Shown in pieces: positions 1 through 9,357 of a stretch of 51,963 nucleotides of DNA (within the stretch, counting starts at the first letter, position 1; each line of letters opens with the position of its first letter). Below the pieces are notes generated by a model that searched no databases, was not told the DNA's origin, and saw nothing but the letters and a program-made list of their open reading frames with translations. The stretch is from positions 1 to 51,963 of the IMG/VR virus record IMGVR_UViG_3300032770_000028; one strand, 5' to 3'. This DNA is from a virus (taxonomy: Duplodnaviria; Caudoviricetes). The position numbers and the translations under genes were made by a program.

Positions 1-127
1 GGGCATGCACCCCGATGTCATTATCTGCGACGACGTGATCAGCCGCGAAGCGATGGAGAACGCGCGGGCGGGTTCCTGGCAGATCATGGAGCGGACGAAC
101 CGCTGGATCAACCAGTTGCGCCCGCTC
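1..127. repeat. Terminal direct repeat copy 1 (circular-assembly overlap)
   Basis: Bases 1-127 are identical to 51837-51963, and the TerL frame runs through the join. Confidence 0.95.
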
Positions 128-1180
128 CTCAACTTGAACTATCCCGCGTACGAGATATTCGTCGTGGGCACCCGCTGGTGGCAGGGGGATTCGTATGAGC
201 ACATCGAGCGCAGTTTCGGCTACGGGGAAACCGAGCAGAAGTTTCTCCTTAAAACTCGGCTGGCCGACGGTTCTACCCAAACCCTTCCTGCTTTTAGACG
301 GGGAGACTTGGCAATATTTCGGCGAGCCATCATCGAAGACGGTGTATGTATTTTTCCCGAAAAGTACTCCCTCGACGATCTGGCCAAAATCCGGGTAGCC
401 GACGAGTTGCTCTACGCTGCCAACTTCATGAACAACCCTACGGACCAGCTCATCGCCACGTTCAAGGCGAACTGGCTCCGGTACTTCTCCTACGACACGC
501 CGAGGCAGGTGCACTTTGTCGACCGCGATGGGAAAGACCGCTACGTCCTCACCGACGACCTTGACTGTGTGCTTTCGGTGGACCCGGCCTTCGCAGAAGG
601 TGAGGGACGAAGTCGTGCAGCGCTTGTGCTTACTGGAAGTACCGACGATGGGCACCGGCTACTTCTCGTTGCCGACGCGAAGAAAGGCGGCGCGGAAGCG
701 CTCACGCAAGACATCGTCGCCCTCTGCACGACGTGGAAGCCGCGCAAGCTCCTGATCGAGCGCGCGGGGCAGCAGGCGGCGTTCATCCTCTACGTCCGGC
801 AGGCGCTGGAGAAGGCGCGGCTGTTCACGCCCATCGTGGAGGTGACGCCGGGCGGGCGCAAGAAGGACGTGCGGATCATGACGCTGGAGCCGTATTTCCA
901 GCGGGGCATCATCTACGTGCAGCGGGAGCAGCACGATTTCCTGAACGAGTACACGGGGTTTCCACGTACGGAATTTAAGGATCTGCTCGACGCGTTATCG
1001 TACCAACCGCCGGAGTGGCGCAACCCAACCAACGCGGGCCTGGACGGCTCCCCGCTGGCCGAGCAGCGCGTGCGGGCCGAACGCGAGCGGCTCTATCAGA
1101 AGATGGGCACGCGCCCCACCCCTGCCAAACGGGAGTTGAAGGACATTAGATTCCGAGAAGACGGCTCGAAAAGGTGGTGA
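1..1180 (+). CDS. terL: Terminase large subunit, C-terminal part (continues from 51328 across the origin; about 562 aa in total)
   Basis: Walker B VIICDD, coupling motif GTRW, nuclease motifs VDPA and DLLDAL; in frame with the Walker A part at the window end. Confidence 0.93.
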   Translation, partial: GMHPDVIICDDVISREAMENARAGSWQIMERTNRWINQLRPLLNLNYPAYEIFVVGTRWWQGDSYEHIERSFGYGETEQKFLLKTRLADGSTQTLPAFRRGDLAIFRRAIIEDGVCIFPEKYSLDDLAKIRVADELLYAANFMNNPTDQLIATFKANWLRYFSYDTPRQVHFVDRDGKDRYVLTDDLDCVLSVDPAFAEGEGRSRAALVLTGSTDDGHRLLLVADAKKGGAEALTQDIVALCTTWKPRKLLIERAGQQAAFILYVRQALEKARLFTPIVEVTPGGRKKDVRIMTLEPYFQRGIIYVQREQHDFLNEYTGFPRTEFKDLLDALSYQPPEWRNPTNAGLDGSPLAEQRVRAERERLYQKMGTRPTPAKRELKDIRFREDGSKRW

Positions 1181-1182
1181 CG

Positions 1183-1707
1183 ATGCGCTGTCGCGTTGAG
1201 GGGTGTCCGAACGAAGCCAACGTGCCGGGTAGCGCCCGCGACCTTTGCCGCGCGCACTATCGTAGGTGGCAAAACTGGGGCGACGAGAACGCCCCGCTGC
1301 GAAAAGTGTATTCGTGGGAAGGCGACGTATGTGCGGAACCAGGATGTGGCAAGCGTCCGTGTGCGCACGGGCTTTGCGATACCCACTACCAGGCAACTAG
1401 GCGTCGGCACGATCCAGAGGGCAATCGGCGTCGGGGCCTGGCTTTCAAGGAGCGCACGCGGCGGAAGCAAGAGGCGTTGATGGGCAGGCCGAGGCCGGAA
1501 CGCTGTGAGTTATGCGGCGAACCCGGTTACGGCCGCAAGCCATCCATCGTTTTCGACCACGACCACGCCACGGGCCAACCGCGTGGCTGGCTCTGTGACC
1601 GCTGCAACAAGGTGCTAGGCTTGGTGCACGACGACCCAGCGTTGCTTGCTGTTCTACAACACTATCTAGAGGACCATCGTGGCAAAACTCACAACGAAGC
1701 AGCGTAA
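1183..1707 (+). CDS. Endonuclease VII-family free-standing nuclease with two N-terminal Cys/His zinc motifs
   Basis: CELC...FDHDHATGQPRGWLCDRCNKVLG; CxxxxC...LCxxHY occurs twice; ATG 1183 follows AAGGTGG. Confidence 0.85.
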   Translation: MRCRVEGCPNEANVPGSARDLCRAHYRRWQNWGDENAPLRKVYSWEGDVCAEPGCGKRPCAHGLCDTHYQATRRRHDPEGNRRRGLAFKERTRRKQEALMGRPRPERCELCGEPGYGRKPSIVFDHDHATGQPRGWLCDRCNKVLGLVHDDPALLAVLQHYLEDHRGKTHNEAA

Positions 1708-1879
1708 AGCGCTCCCGAAGTCTGATTTTGCGTTGGGGGGTGGTAGATACCCCATCGAAGACAAAAATCACGCACGGGCAGCGTTGTCTCGCGTGTCGCA
1801 GCACGGCACGCCGAGCGAGAAGGCGAAGGTGCGGGCGAAGGTAAAGGCCAAGTACCCCGACATCGGGAAGGGCAAGTAA
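1679..1879 (+). CDS. Small basic phage protein (DUF6582-like from memory)
   Basis: RKALPKSDFA...RYPIEDKNHARAALSRV; GAGGA SD before GTG. Confidence 0.65.
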   Translation: MAKLTTKQRKALPKSDFALGGGRYPIEDKNHARAALSRVSQHGTPSEKAKVRAKVKAKYPDIGKGK

Positions 1880-1880
1880 G

Positions 1881-2105
1881 ATGGCATACGCGCAGAGGTG
1901 CCCGATTTGCAACGGCACCGGCAAGATCGCAGACAACACCACGGCAGGGAACCGCACCTGTCACGGGTGCTACGGTCGCGGATGGGTGGAAGTTGGCAGC
2001 GCCTACCCGATCTACCCGTATCCCGTGTACTCGTGGCCGCAGCCAACCACCATTCCACCGTGGACTATCACGTGGGGCAGCACACATGGCCAATCGAACT
2101 TTTGA
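1881..2105 (+). CDS. Small CxxCxGxG zinc-finger protein
   Basis: CPICNGTG and CHGCYGRG. Confidence 0.65.
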   Translation: MAYAQRCPICNGTGKIADNTTAGNRTCHGCYGRGWVEVGSAYPIYPYPVYSWPQPTTIPPWTITWGSTHGQSNF

Positions 2106-2298
2106 CATCTCCAAACTCGACACCTTCAACGGTTCCGACACCGACCCCTCGCGCGGGGACATGGCGGCCATGACGCTGCGCCACCCGCCCAAGGGCAAGG
2201 GGTTGCGCAAGGGCAAGAGCGAGCAGGCGGCCGCGCGGGCGGAGGCCACGCGGGACCAGCGGGACAGGCACCAGAGCCGCGCGCTCTCGTACTTCTAG
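2086..2298 (+). CDS. Small basic hypothetical protein
   Basis: ATG 2086, tightly packed, Lys/Arg-rich. Confidence 0.55.
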   Translation: MANRTFDISKLDTFNGSDTDPSRGDMAAMTLRHPPKGKGLRKGKSEQAAARAEATRDQRDRHQSRALSYF

Positions 2299-2306
2299 GA
2301 GGACGT

Positions 2307-2453
2307 ATGCCAAGCAAGCAGACCAAGCGCCAAGTCGGCTACCTGCTCTCCAGCGGCTCGTCCCTGACGCCAGCGCAGAAGGCCAAGGAGAAGGCCGAAC
2401 TCCATTCGGGCGCCGTGAAGGTGGTGCCGAACAAGAAGAAGCGGGGCAAGTGA
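2307..2453 (+). CDS. Small basic protein, 48 aa (absent from the ORF track)
   Basis: AGGAGG SD; MPSKQTKRQVGYLL...NKKKRGK. Confidence 0.6.
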   Translation: MPSKQTKRQVGYLLSSGSSLTPAQKAKEKAELHSGAVKVVPNKKKRGK

Positions 2454-2656
2454 GGAAGCCGTCCCCGCCCGCCTGCACCTACGTCACGCCCGCCCGCCTG
2501 GCCCAGATGCGCGCCTACCAGCGCCTGCGCTACGCGCGGCCCGCCTTCCGCACCATCAAGCTGGCCGCCAAGCGGGAGCGGTGGCGGCGCCGGGAGGCCT
2601 GGACCGACGACTCACGGGAAACCCAGGAGACGGAGTCTCCCCGCGAGGCGCGGTAG
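2450..2656 (+). CDS. Small Arg-rich hypothetical protein
   Basis: GTGA overlap with the upstream stop. Confidence 0.5.
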   Translation: MRKPSPPACTYVTPARLAQMRAYQRLRYARPAFRTIKLAAKRERWRRREAWTDDSRETQETESPREAR

Positions 2657-2677
2657 CGCCGAGCGATAAACCGGCTG

Positions 2678-2706
2678 TTGCATTTCGCTGCGCCGAGTGC
2701 CATCTT
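2678..2706 (+). promoter_or_regulatory. Possible sigma70-type promoter
   Basis: TTGCAT-17 bp-CATCTT in an intergenic gap. Confidence 0.35.
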
Positions 2707-2734
2707 TTACAACAGACGCCCACTCGGAGCGCGT

Positions 2735-3061
2735 ATGTCGGGAGTGAAGGACTCGTTTGACCCTACCTGGCCCATGCCCAAGCCCGATGACTCTGTGGCG
2801 GGCAGTTACGAAGCACCGGAACGCGCCGGCCCGGACAGCAAGCGCCCCTCAGTCATTCAGTACGCAGGTGACGGCACCGCCGAGTTGCGCAGCGCTGCCG
2901 AAACCAAGCACAGCGCGGAGATCCCCCGTGGCGAAGGCGCGACCAAGCGCTTCCCGAAAGGCGTTGACCAGTTCGACCCCATCAACCTCCGTATCCCGAA
3001 ACAGGACAACGCGCTCAAGCACGGCAAATACGACACGGGCGAAGGCGAAGACAGCGCCTGA
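2735..3061 (+). CDS. Hypothetical protein
   Basis: GGAG SD before ATG 2735. Confidence 0.6.
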   Translation: MSGVKDSFDPTWPMPKPDDSVAGSYEAPERAGPDSKRPSVIQYAGDGTAELRSAAETKHSAEIPRGEGATKRFPKGVDQFDPINLRIPKQDNALKHGKYDTGEGEDSA

Positions 3062-3136
3062 CGACCCCATTTCGGTGGCGTGGCATATCTGGACGGCGCC
3101 GCCGCATCCGCTCTGCAAGCACAAGGTGGGCTAAAC

Positions 3137-3328
3137 ATGGCCATTGAGCATCCGAAGCCGAAGCCGCTGCCCGTCAAGAACACCGTGCCCGAATACGGGC
3201 AGGCTCGTTACAAGGAGCCGCGCCAGCGCCAGTTCGGCGTGCTGGGCTTCGATGACCGGCCCGAGGCGCTGATTGGCGGCACCGTCATCCACAAGGGCGA
3301 GAACTTCGAGGACTCGAAAGATGAGTGA
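3137..3328 (+). CDS. Hypothetical protein
   Basis: AAGGTGG SD, ATG 3137. Confidence 0.55.
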   Translation: MAIEHPKPKPLPVKNTVPEYGQARYKEPRQRQFGVLGFDDRPEALIGGTVIHKGENFEDSKDE

Positions 3329-3491
3329 GCCGAAGGGCAATCCCCACAAGACGCGCCGCGCTACGGTGAGGCCCGTCTTCGGCAAGGAGAAGGGCAAGGC
3401 CGTCGGCGACAAGCCCGCCAGCAAGCACGACGGCGCCAGCAACGAGCCGCACGGCACCACGGACCGCCAGTCGTACTACGCCGAGCACTAG
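3321..3491 (+). CDS. Small basic hypothetical protein
   Basis: GAGGA SD; stop abuts the portal ATG. Confidence 0.55.
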   Translation: MSEPKGNPHKTRRATVRPVFGKEKGKAVGDKPASKHDGASNEPHGTTDRQSYYAEH

Positions 3492-5462
3492 ATGCCCGCA
3501 GCGGTACAATTTGGCGACGGGCGCGACGAGGCTTTCCGGCTCTGGTCGAGTTTCGAGCTGACGCAAGCCCTGGGCAACCGCTCGGGGCTTGAGCAGTTGT
3601 GGACGCAGTGGCTGGGGGAGTATCGGCCGCCCGTCGAGTCGCTAACTAAAGCCTTCCCCTGGGAGGGTGCCAGCAACAGAACCCTTCCCCTCAGTGCGAT
3701 GAACGCGGACCCCACGTTGGCCAAGCTAATGGCCACGTTGCATGCCCCGGACAATTTGTGGACGGTGCAACCGCTCAACGAACGGTGGGTGAATGTGGCA
3801 AAGCCGCTCCAAGATTTTTTGGAGTTCCTCGATGCCACGCAATTACATATGTTCGGCGTGAACTACCGGGCGATGTTGGAGTTCATCAAGCTCGGCACTT
3901 GCATCTACAAGACGGGCTGGTTTTACGAGAAGCGCAAGGGCCGCTCCTACGATGCGAGCGGGAAGATCGTGCCGGCGACGAAGATCGTGAGTCGGCCGTA
4001 CGTTGATTTCGTGAGCCTCAACGACTTCGTGGTGCCCGGCGGCTACGACAACATCCAGGCGGACGATTACCGGGGCGCGCCGTGGGTGGCCGAGCGCTTC
4101 TGGCTCCGGTATCCCGACTTTCTCGCGCGGGCCGAGGGGCAGGAGCCGTTTTTGCCGCAGTACGACCCGGCGAAAGTGGAGATCGTCAAGAACTACATCC
4201 AAATCCAGCGCACGAAGTTGGAGCAGGAGCGGGATGTGCTGGAGGAGAACCCGCCCTGGCGGATGCAGCGGATTGAGCTATTCGAGTTCCACACGCGGTT
4301 CGGCATCAAGGACGACAGCGATATCGATGACATTGTGGCCGTCATTCACTTGCCGACCCGCACGGTACTAAGGGTCACGCTGAATCCGTATCGCCACGGG
4401 CTCCGGCCTTACGAGTGCGCCCGCTATATCCGGGGCGACGGCTTCTACGGCATCGGCATCGTGGAGCAGTCGCACATGTTCCAGGAGTGGCTGAGCCTCT
4501 TGGCCAATTACCAGACGGACAACGTGCTGGCGGCCAACGCGACGATGATCGCGGCGAAACTCGGGGCGAACGTGGTGCCGGGCGAGCCGGTCTATCCGGG
4601 CAAGGTGTGGGCGCTGGACAATCCGGCGGATGACCTCAAGGTGTTCAAGCTTGCCGATATTTACCCGAGCCTCCCGGCCTTGGGGGCGATGGTGCAGGCG
4701 TGGGGCGAGCGGCGCACGGGGCTTTCGGACATCCAGTTCGGCAACCCGTCGAACATGCCGAGCCGTACGCCCGCCACGTCGATGCTCAGTCTCCTGCAAG
4801 AGGGCAACAAGCGCTTCGACCTCTCGCTCAAGGAACTGCGCGTCAATTGCCTCGACCGCGTGGGCCTGCGCTTGCTCCAGATGCTCCAGCAGTTCGCGGC
4901 CGACCCCGTGATTGACCCCGAGCGCAAGTATCTGCGCTTGGCCGCCACGGTGCTGGGCGACCAGCCGGGGCAGTGGCTCAGCCAAGTGCTGGAACTCCCG
5001 ATTGAAGAGATCGAGAACGGTGTCGGGTGCGCCGTGAGCGCCACGAGCGGCACGGCGAACAAGGAAGTGGAGAAGCAGGCGTTCTTGGCGCTCGTGCAGT
5101 TGCAGGCCCAGTTGGCGCCTCAGTATCTTCAGCTCTCGCAGATTGCGACGAATCCCCAGGTCTTGCAGAGCGCACCCGGCGTGGCCCAGACGGCGCAGGA
5201 ACTCTATCACGGCTTCGCCGAACTCCAAAAGCGGCTTCTGGAGCAATACGATGTCCGAAACCCCGAAGAAATTCTGGTCAACGCTGACACGCTTACGCAG
5301 GCCGTCCAAGCCGTCGCTGGCGGGCAGCCTCTCCAGCCCGGACCCGGTGGCTTCGCTGGCGGACAGTCTGGGGCTCAGCCTCTCGGACTTGTCAGCCCTC
5401 AAGCGACTGCTAACCCTGCCGGAATGGGCCAGTTACTTGGGCTTGCTGGAGCGGCTGTATGA
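3492..5462 (+). CDS. Portal protein
   Basis: 656 aa between TerL and scaffold/MCP; FIKLGTCIYK, FYGIGIVE and RTPAT segments and a Q/G-rich tail are typical of podoviral portals. Confidence 0.85.
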   Translation: MPAAVQFGDGRDEAFRLWSSFELTQALGNRSGLEQLWTQWLGEYRPPVESLTKAFPWEGASNRTLPLSAMNADPTLAKLMATLHAPDNLWTVQPLNERWVNVAKPLQDFLEFLDATQLHMFGVNYRAMLEFIKLGTCIYKTGWFYEKRKGRSYDASGKIVPATKIVSRPYVDFVSLNDFVVPGGYDNIQADDYRGAPWVAERFWLRYPDFLARAEGQEPFLPQYDPAKVEIVKNYIQIQRTKLEQERDVLEENPPWRMQRIELFEFHTRFGIKDDSDIDDIVAVIHLPTRTVLRVTLNPYRHGLRPYECARYIRGDGFYGIGIVEQSHMFQEWLSLLANYQTDNVLAANATMIAAKLGANVVPGEPVYPGKVWALDNPADDLKVFKLADIYPSLPALGAMVQAWGERRTGLSDIQFGNPSNMPSRTPATSMLSLLQEGNKRFDLSLKELRVNCLDRVGLRLLQMLQQFAADPVIDPERKYLRLAATVLGDQPGQWLSQVLELPIEEIENGVGCAVSATSGTANKEVEKQAFLALVQLQAQLAPQYLQLSQIATNPQVLQSAPGVAQTAQELYHGFAELQKRLLEQYDVRNPEEILVNADTLTQAVQAVAGGQPLQPGPGGFAGGQSGAQPLGLVSPQATANPAGMGQLLGLAGAAV

Positions 5463-5685
5463 GCGCCACGCCAATCGGTTCAAGGAAGGGCTGAGTTACG
5501 AGGAGTATCGTCAGGAAGTCGGCGCCCTGAAAGCATTCGAGGAGATGGCCAAAGCCGCCGACCAAATCGCCTGGAAGATGGAGGAACTCGATGACCGCAG
5601 TCGCGCAACCGAGCAGCGGAACCGTACCAGCAACAGCGTCAACCCCTTCCTCGCCCACAGCCACTGGGGCAGCGGAGCCGTTTAG
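5251..5685 (+). CDS. Small helical head-region protein overlapping portal and scaffold
   Basis: GGAG 7 nt before ATG 5251; amphipathic helical sequence (LKRLLTLPEWASYLGLLE...EYRQEVGALKAFEEM). Confidence 0.55.
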   Translation: MSETPKKFWSTLTRLRRPSKPSLAGSLSSPDPVASLADSLGLSLSDLSALKRLLTLPEWASYLGLLERLYERHANRFKEGLSYEEYRQEVGALKAFEEMAKAADQIAWKMEELDDRSRATEQRNRTSNSVNPFLAHSHWGSGAV

Positions 5686-6457
5686 GTTCGCGGCCGGGCC
5701 CGGTGTGCCGCCGTGGGCCGTAGGTAAGACGGCGCAGGAAGTTCTGGCGCAGAATGTGGCAATGGCGGATGCCTTGGCCACGGTGCAGCCGCCGAAGCCC
5801 GTGCAGCGGGAGCCAGCGGCGCCTAGCCCGGTGCCAGCCGCCCCCACGCTCCCGGACAACGATGCCTACACGCTGAATCCCGCCGATGCCACGCAGCGGG
5901 CGCTGGAGTACAACTGGCAGGTGCGGGCGCAGCCCTACCTCGACCAGTTGGCGGCGCAGGTGGCGGGCACGGGCCGGCAGGTGGCGAGCATCCAGTACGC
6001 GGACGAGTTCCGGCGCTGGGGGCCGGAGATCGACGCGCTCGTGGCGGGCGCGGCGCCGCAGCAGCGCACGCCCGCGCTGTATGAGCAGGCGGTGAAGCTC
6101 GTCAAGAGCAACCACATTGACGAGATCGCGGCGGAGCGCGCGCAGGCCAAACTGGCCGAACTCGGCGTGACCGACCGCACGAGCGGCGGCGGCACTGTTG
6201 CGTCAGTGGTGGCAGGCGCAGTAGATTTGACAAAGTTGCCCGCGTCGTACAAGGACGCGATGGAGCAGATGGGCATCGGGCCCAGCGAACTCCACGAGTT
6301 CCTCGGCAAGACGGGCCAGACGATGGAGCAGTTCGTCGAGAGCGCGAACCGCAACCAGATCATCACCGACATGCAGTGGGATCGGAAGGGACGCTCGCAC
6401 GTGGTCATGGACATGGAAAAGCTTTATCCCAAGGGCACGAAAGTGCAGGCCTGGTAA
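5591..6457 (+). CDS. Putative scaffolding protein
   Basis: Ala/Pro/Gln-rich and helical; lies between portal and MCP. Confidence 0.65.
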   Translation: MTAVAQPSSGTVPATASTPSSPTATGAAEPFRFAAGPGVPPWAVGKTAQEVLAQNVAMADALATVQPPKPVQREPAAPSPVPAAPTLPDNDAYTLNPADATQRALEYNWQVRAQPYLDQLAAQVAGTGRQVASIQYADEFRRWGPEIDALVAGAAPQQRTPALYEQAVKLVKSNHIDEIAAERAQAKLAELGVTDRTSGGGTVASVVAGAVDLTKLPASYKDAMEQMGIGPSELHEFLGKTGQTMEQFVESANRNQIITDMQWDRKGRSHVVMDMEKLYPKGTKVQAW

Positions 6458-7035
6458 TGGGCAAAGACCCCTTGATCGTGGCGGGCGACCGCTCGCTGGT
6501 GGGCGGCGTGGAAGGCTCCGCGCAGTTGTTCGACGTGGCGGCCAGCGCGGGCGACGTGACGTACGTGGAAGGCTATTCGGACAAGCGGCGCCACAATGCG
6601 TTGGCCCAGACGGATATCGGGCGCGAACGCGGGCTCAAGAAGGTGGCCGTGCCGCATCGGCTGCACTGGGTGCGGAACTCGACGCCGACCGGGAAGCCGG
6701 ATGCGCGGGACATCACGTCGCACCGCATGAATGGCTATGAGTTTGTCACGAAGGACAATCTGGCCGATTTGGGGCTCAAGGCTCCGGCGTCGGGTCAGTT
6801 GGATTCCGCCACGGGTCGTTACACCTGTGGCGACACGGTGTTGATGTACTGTACTCGCGATGTCGCTGCGCGAAACGAAAACATGTTGCGTCGGGCAACG
6901 GAAGATCGCTCATCGGCAGACGCCACGGGTGCCCATTTGGAGCAGGCGGGGCGCGAAGTGGGTCGGCAGATGGGCCAGGACATGCTCACGGAATCCACGG
7001 TCCAGCAGAAGCTGTCGAATCGTGCCGTAGAGTAG
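6457..7035 (+). CDS. Head-region hypothetical protein
   Basis: TAATG coupling; HWVR...GYEFV...GDTVLM pattern; two genes before the MCP. Confidence 0.6.
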   Translation: MGKDPLIVAGDRSLVGGVEGSAQLFDVAASAGDVTYVEGYSDKRRHNALAQTDIGRERGLKKVAVPHRLHWVRNSTPTGKPDARDITSHRMNGYEFVTKDNLADLGLKAPASGQLDSATGRYTCGDTVLMYCTRDVAARNENMLRRATEDRSSADATGAHLEQAGREVGRQMGQDMLTESTVQQKLSNRAVE

Positions 7036-7068
7036 TCCTGGGTCACCCCCTGCCAAAGGAGGCAAGTC

Positions 7069-7566
7069 GTGGCAAACACGATTGCCGGCATCGGGTTCCG
7101 GCCTGTCCGAGGCAACTGGGAAAAGGTGATGCTGCCGGTGGCATCCGCGGCGACGTTCCAGCAGTGGGCGCCCGTGGATTACGACGGCAACCGCAACCTC
7201 ATTGAGGCGACGAGCGCGTCCACGTTCATCGTGGGCGTGGCGATGTCGAACTCCACCGCCTCCACTCCCAGTCAGCTTTCCGTGAACGGCCCGCTGGTCA
7301 ACTGCGTGTTGGTCAGCATTCCGATGGATTTCTCCGCGACGGCCCGTGCCAGCATTCTGAGCACGGTGGTGGCGTCGGCGATTTCCATCGGGCAGTGTTA
7401 CAACATCGACAAGAAGGCCAACAACCTGGGCGTCGATGTCACCTCGCAGGCGTCCGCCATCGTGTATCTGGCTGGGAACTTTGACTCCGCGCTCTCGCAG
7501 GTGGATGTCCGGTTCCTGACTCAGGTGAACGGCCTGCCGTCCTACAAGTCCGTCACCAACTTCTAG
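7069..7566 (+). CDS. Putative capsid decoration/cement protein
   Basis: Strong AAGGAGG SD; beta-rich 165 aa directly before the MCP. Confidence 0.6.
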   Translation: MANTIAGIGFRPVRGNWEKVMLPVASAATFQQWAPVDYDGNRNLIEATSASTFIVGVAMSNSTASTPSQLSVNGPLVNCVLVSIPMDFSATARASILSTVVASAISIGQCYNIDKKANNLGVDVTSQASAIVYLAGNFDSALSQVDVRFLTQVNGLPSYKSVTNF

Positions 7567-7587
7567 TGGGAAAGGAGCTAGCGAACC

Positions 7588-8490
7588 ATGACAATTACTA
7601 GGGCGCAGTTCCAGATCCTACTGGAGCCCAAGCTTCGGAACATCTGGAACGACGGGTGGCCGCCCCGGCCGCTCGAATACCCCCGCTTCACGAATATCGG
7701 GTCCAGCCGCAAGGCGCAGGAAACCGACTTCAAAATGACGGGGCTCGGGCTGATGGTGAACAAGCCCGAAGGCACCAACATCTCCTACGGCGATCCGATT
7801 CCCGGCTCGACGGTCGTGTATACGCACACCGTCAATGGGCTGGGCTACAAGATCACGGACGAGATGATTCGTCACGAGCTGTATGGGCAGATGGCCAAGA
7901 TGGAGACCTCGCTCATGCGCTCGGCCGTGGACCGGCAGGAGACGGACGCGGCGAACATCCTGAACAACGGTTTCTCCACGGCGGTCACGGGTTTCGCGGC
8001 CGGCGAGTCGTTGTTCTCCACATCCCATGCCCGCCTCGATGGCGGCACGGCGCAGGCCAACCGGCCCAGCACGGACATCTCGCTGGGCGTGACCGCGCTC
8101 CAGAATGGCATCATCCAGTTCCATCTCTGGAAGGACGACCGGGGTCGTCCGTTCCTGTCGATCCCGCGTTTGCTCATCATTCACCCTAACGATCTCATGA
8201 CGGCACGGGAGCTATTGGGCTCGCAGTACAAGCCCGGCACGGCGAACAACGAGATCAACGCCCTGATGGAAGACGGCCTCACGTTCATGGTCAGCCACTA
8301 TGTGACGGACACGAACGCGTGGTATCTGATCGGGGACAACCACGACCTGAACTTCATCTGGGATTTGCGTCCGACGATTGAGATGGACGAGGATTTCGAT
8401 GCGGGCGTGGTGAAGCGGAAGTTGCAGCAGGGCTACTCCTCGGGCTACGGCGAATTCCGGGGAACGTACGGCACGTCGGGGACCACCTGA
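7588..8490 (+). CDS. Major capsid protein (HK97 fold expected)
   Basis: AAGGAG SD; KPEG..I.Y, KDDRGRP..PRLLIIHP, GTANNEINAL; followed by a hairpin. Confidence 0.88.
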   Translation: MTITRAQFQILLEPKLRNIWNDGWPPRPLEYPRFTNIGSSRKAQETDFKMTGLGLMVNKPEGTNISYGDPIPGSTVVYTHTVNGLGYKITDEMIRHELYGQMAKMETSLMRSAVDRQETDAANILNNGFSTAVTGFAAGESLFSTSHARLDGGTAQANRPSTDISLGVTALQNGIIQFHLWKDDRGRPFLSIPRLLIIHPNDLMTARELLGSQYKPGTANNEINALMEDGLTFMVSHYVTDTNAWYLIGDNHDLNFIWDLRPTIEMDEDFDAGVVKRKLQQGYSSGYGEFRGTYGTSGTT

Positions 8491-8510
8491 CGTTGAGTAG
8501 GTGAATGACA

Positions 8511-8540
8511 GGGGCGGGCGTCTTCGGGCGCCCGTCCCTT
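8511..8540 (+). terminator. Hairpin after the MCP (weak terminator or mRNA stabiliser)
   Basis: GGGGCGGGCGTC-TTCG-GGCGCCCGTCCC with a cUUCGg loop and only a TT tail. Confidence 0.6.
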
Positions 8541-8563
8541 CACCCTTGAAAGGAGCAGCATCG

Positions 8564-9016
8564 GTGGCAGCCAATACCGCATACTTGGGTGGCCTGACCA
8601 CGCTGAGTCAGTTGTCGCTTACCGACCCGAGTGGGGCGACGTTGACGGCCAGCGATGGCACGTTTGGCGGGAACGTCACGATTCAGGGCACGCTCACGCA
8701 GGTGGGCGCCGTGACGCAGACGGGGGCGGAGTATCTAGGGGACGGCACGGCGAGCGCGCCCTCGCAGAGCTACGCGAGCGAGAAGAGCCTCGGCTTCTAT
8801 CGCAGCGCGGCGAGCGTGGAGGCGCTTTCGTACGGGTTCTTGCAGGCGCCGTATTTCCTGAGCACGACCACGACCAGCTCTTCGGCTTCGACGCTGGCGC
8901 TGCCGAATAAGCAGGGGATGATCTCGTTCGCGGTGCTGTCGGCGACGAGTGCGCAGTTGCAGTTCCGGTCGGCGAATACGGTTTACGTCTGGAATTGCTC
9001 GTCCTACGCTAGTTAG
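8564..9016 (+). CDS. Ser/Thr-rich virion fibre-like protein
   Basis: AAGGAG SD, GTG 8564; GDGTASAPS...EKSLGFYRS motif shared with 25343-26275. Confidence 0.7.
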   Translation: MAANTAYLGGLTTLSQLSLTDPSGATLTASDGTFGGNVTIQGTLTQVGAVTQTGAEYLGDGTASAPSQSYASEKSLGFYRSAASVEALSYGFLQAPYFLSTTTTSSSASTLALPNKQGMISFAVLSATSAQLQFRSANTVYVWNCSSYAS

Positions 9017-9030
9017 GGAGGGGCGTTCCC

Positions 9031-9357
9031 ATGATGTATAAGTGGAACACCACCTCGGACGCCTACGCGGGGCTTGCCCAGAGTGCGGAAACGTCGAACA
9101 CGTTCTTCACGGGCGATGCGGTGATGGTGACCTACTCCATCACCACCTCATCCACGACGGCGTCGAGTTGGACGGTGATGGGGCATCTGGGCGACGGGTT
9201 CTTCGCGGCGCTGGACAGTACGCAGTGGATGCCGATTCACCAGGCGACGGCGCAGGGGCTGTACAGCCTGGACACGATCCCGCGCTGGCTCGCATTCCAG
9301 CGCACGGCGAGCGCGTCCTCGACGACCATCACGCTCACGATCACGGTCGGCCCATGA
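9031..9357 (+). CDS. Ser/Thr-rich putative virion protein
   Basis: GGAGG SD; SITTSSTT patch. Confidence 0.65.
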   Translation: MMYKWNTTSDAYAGLAQSAETSNTFFTGDAVMVTYSITTSSTTASSWTVMGHLGDGFFAALDSTQWMPIHQATAQGLYSLDTIPRWLAFQRTASASSTTITLTITVGP

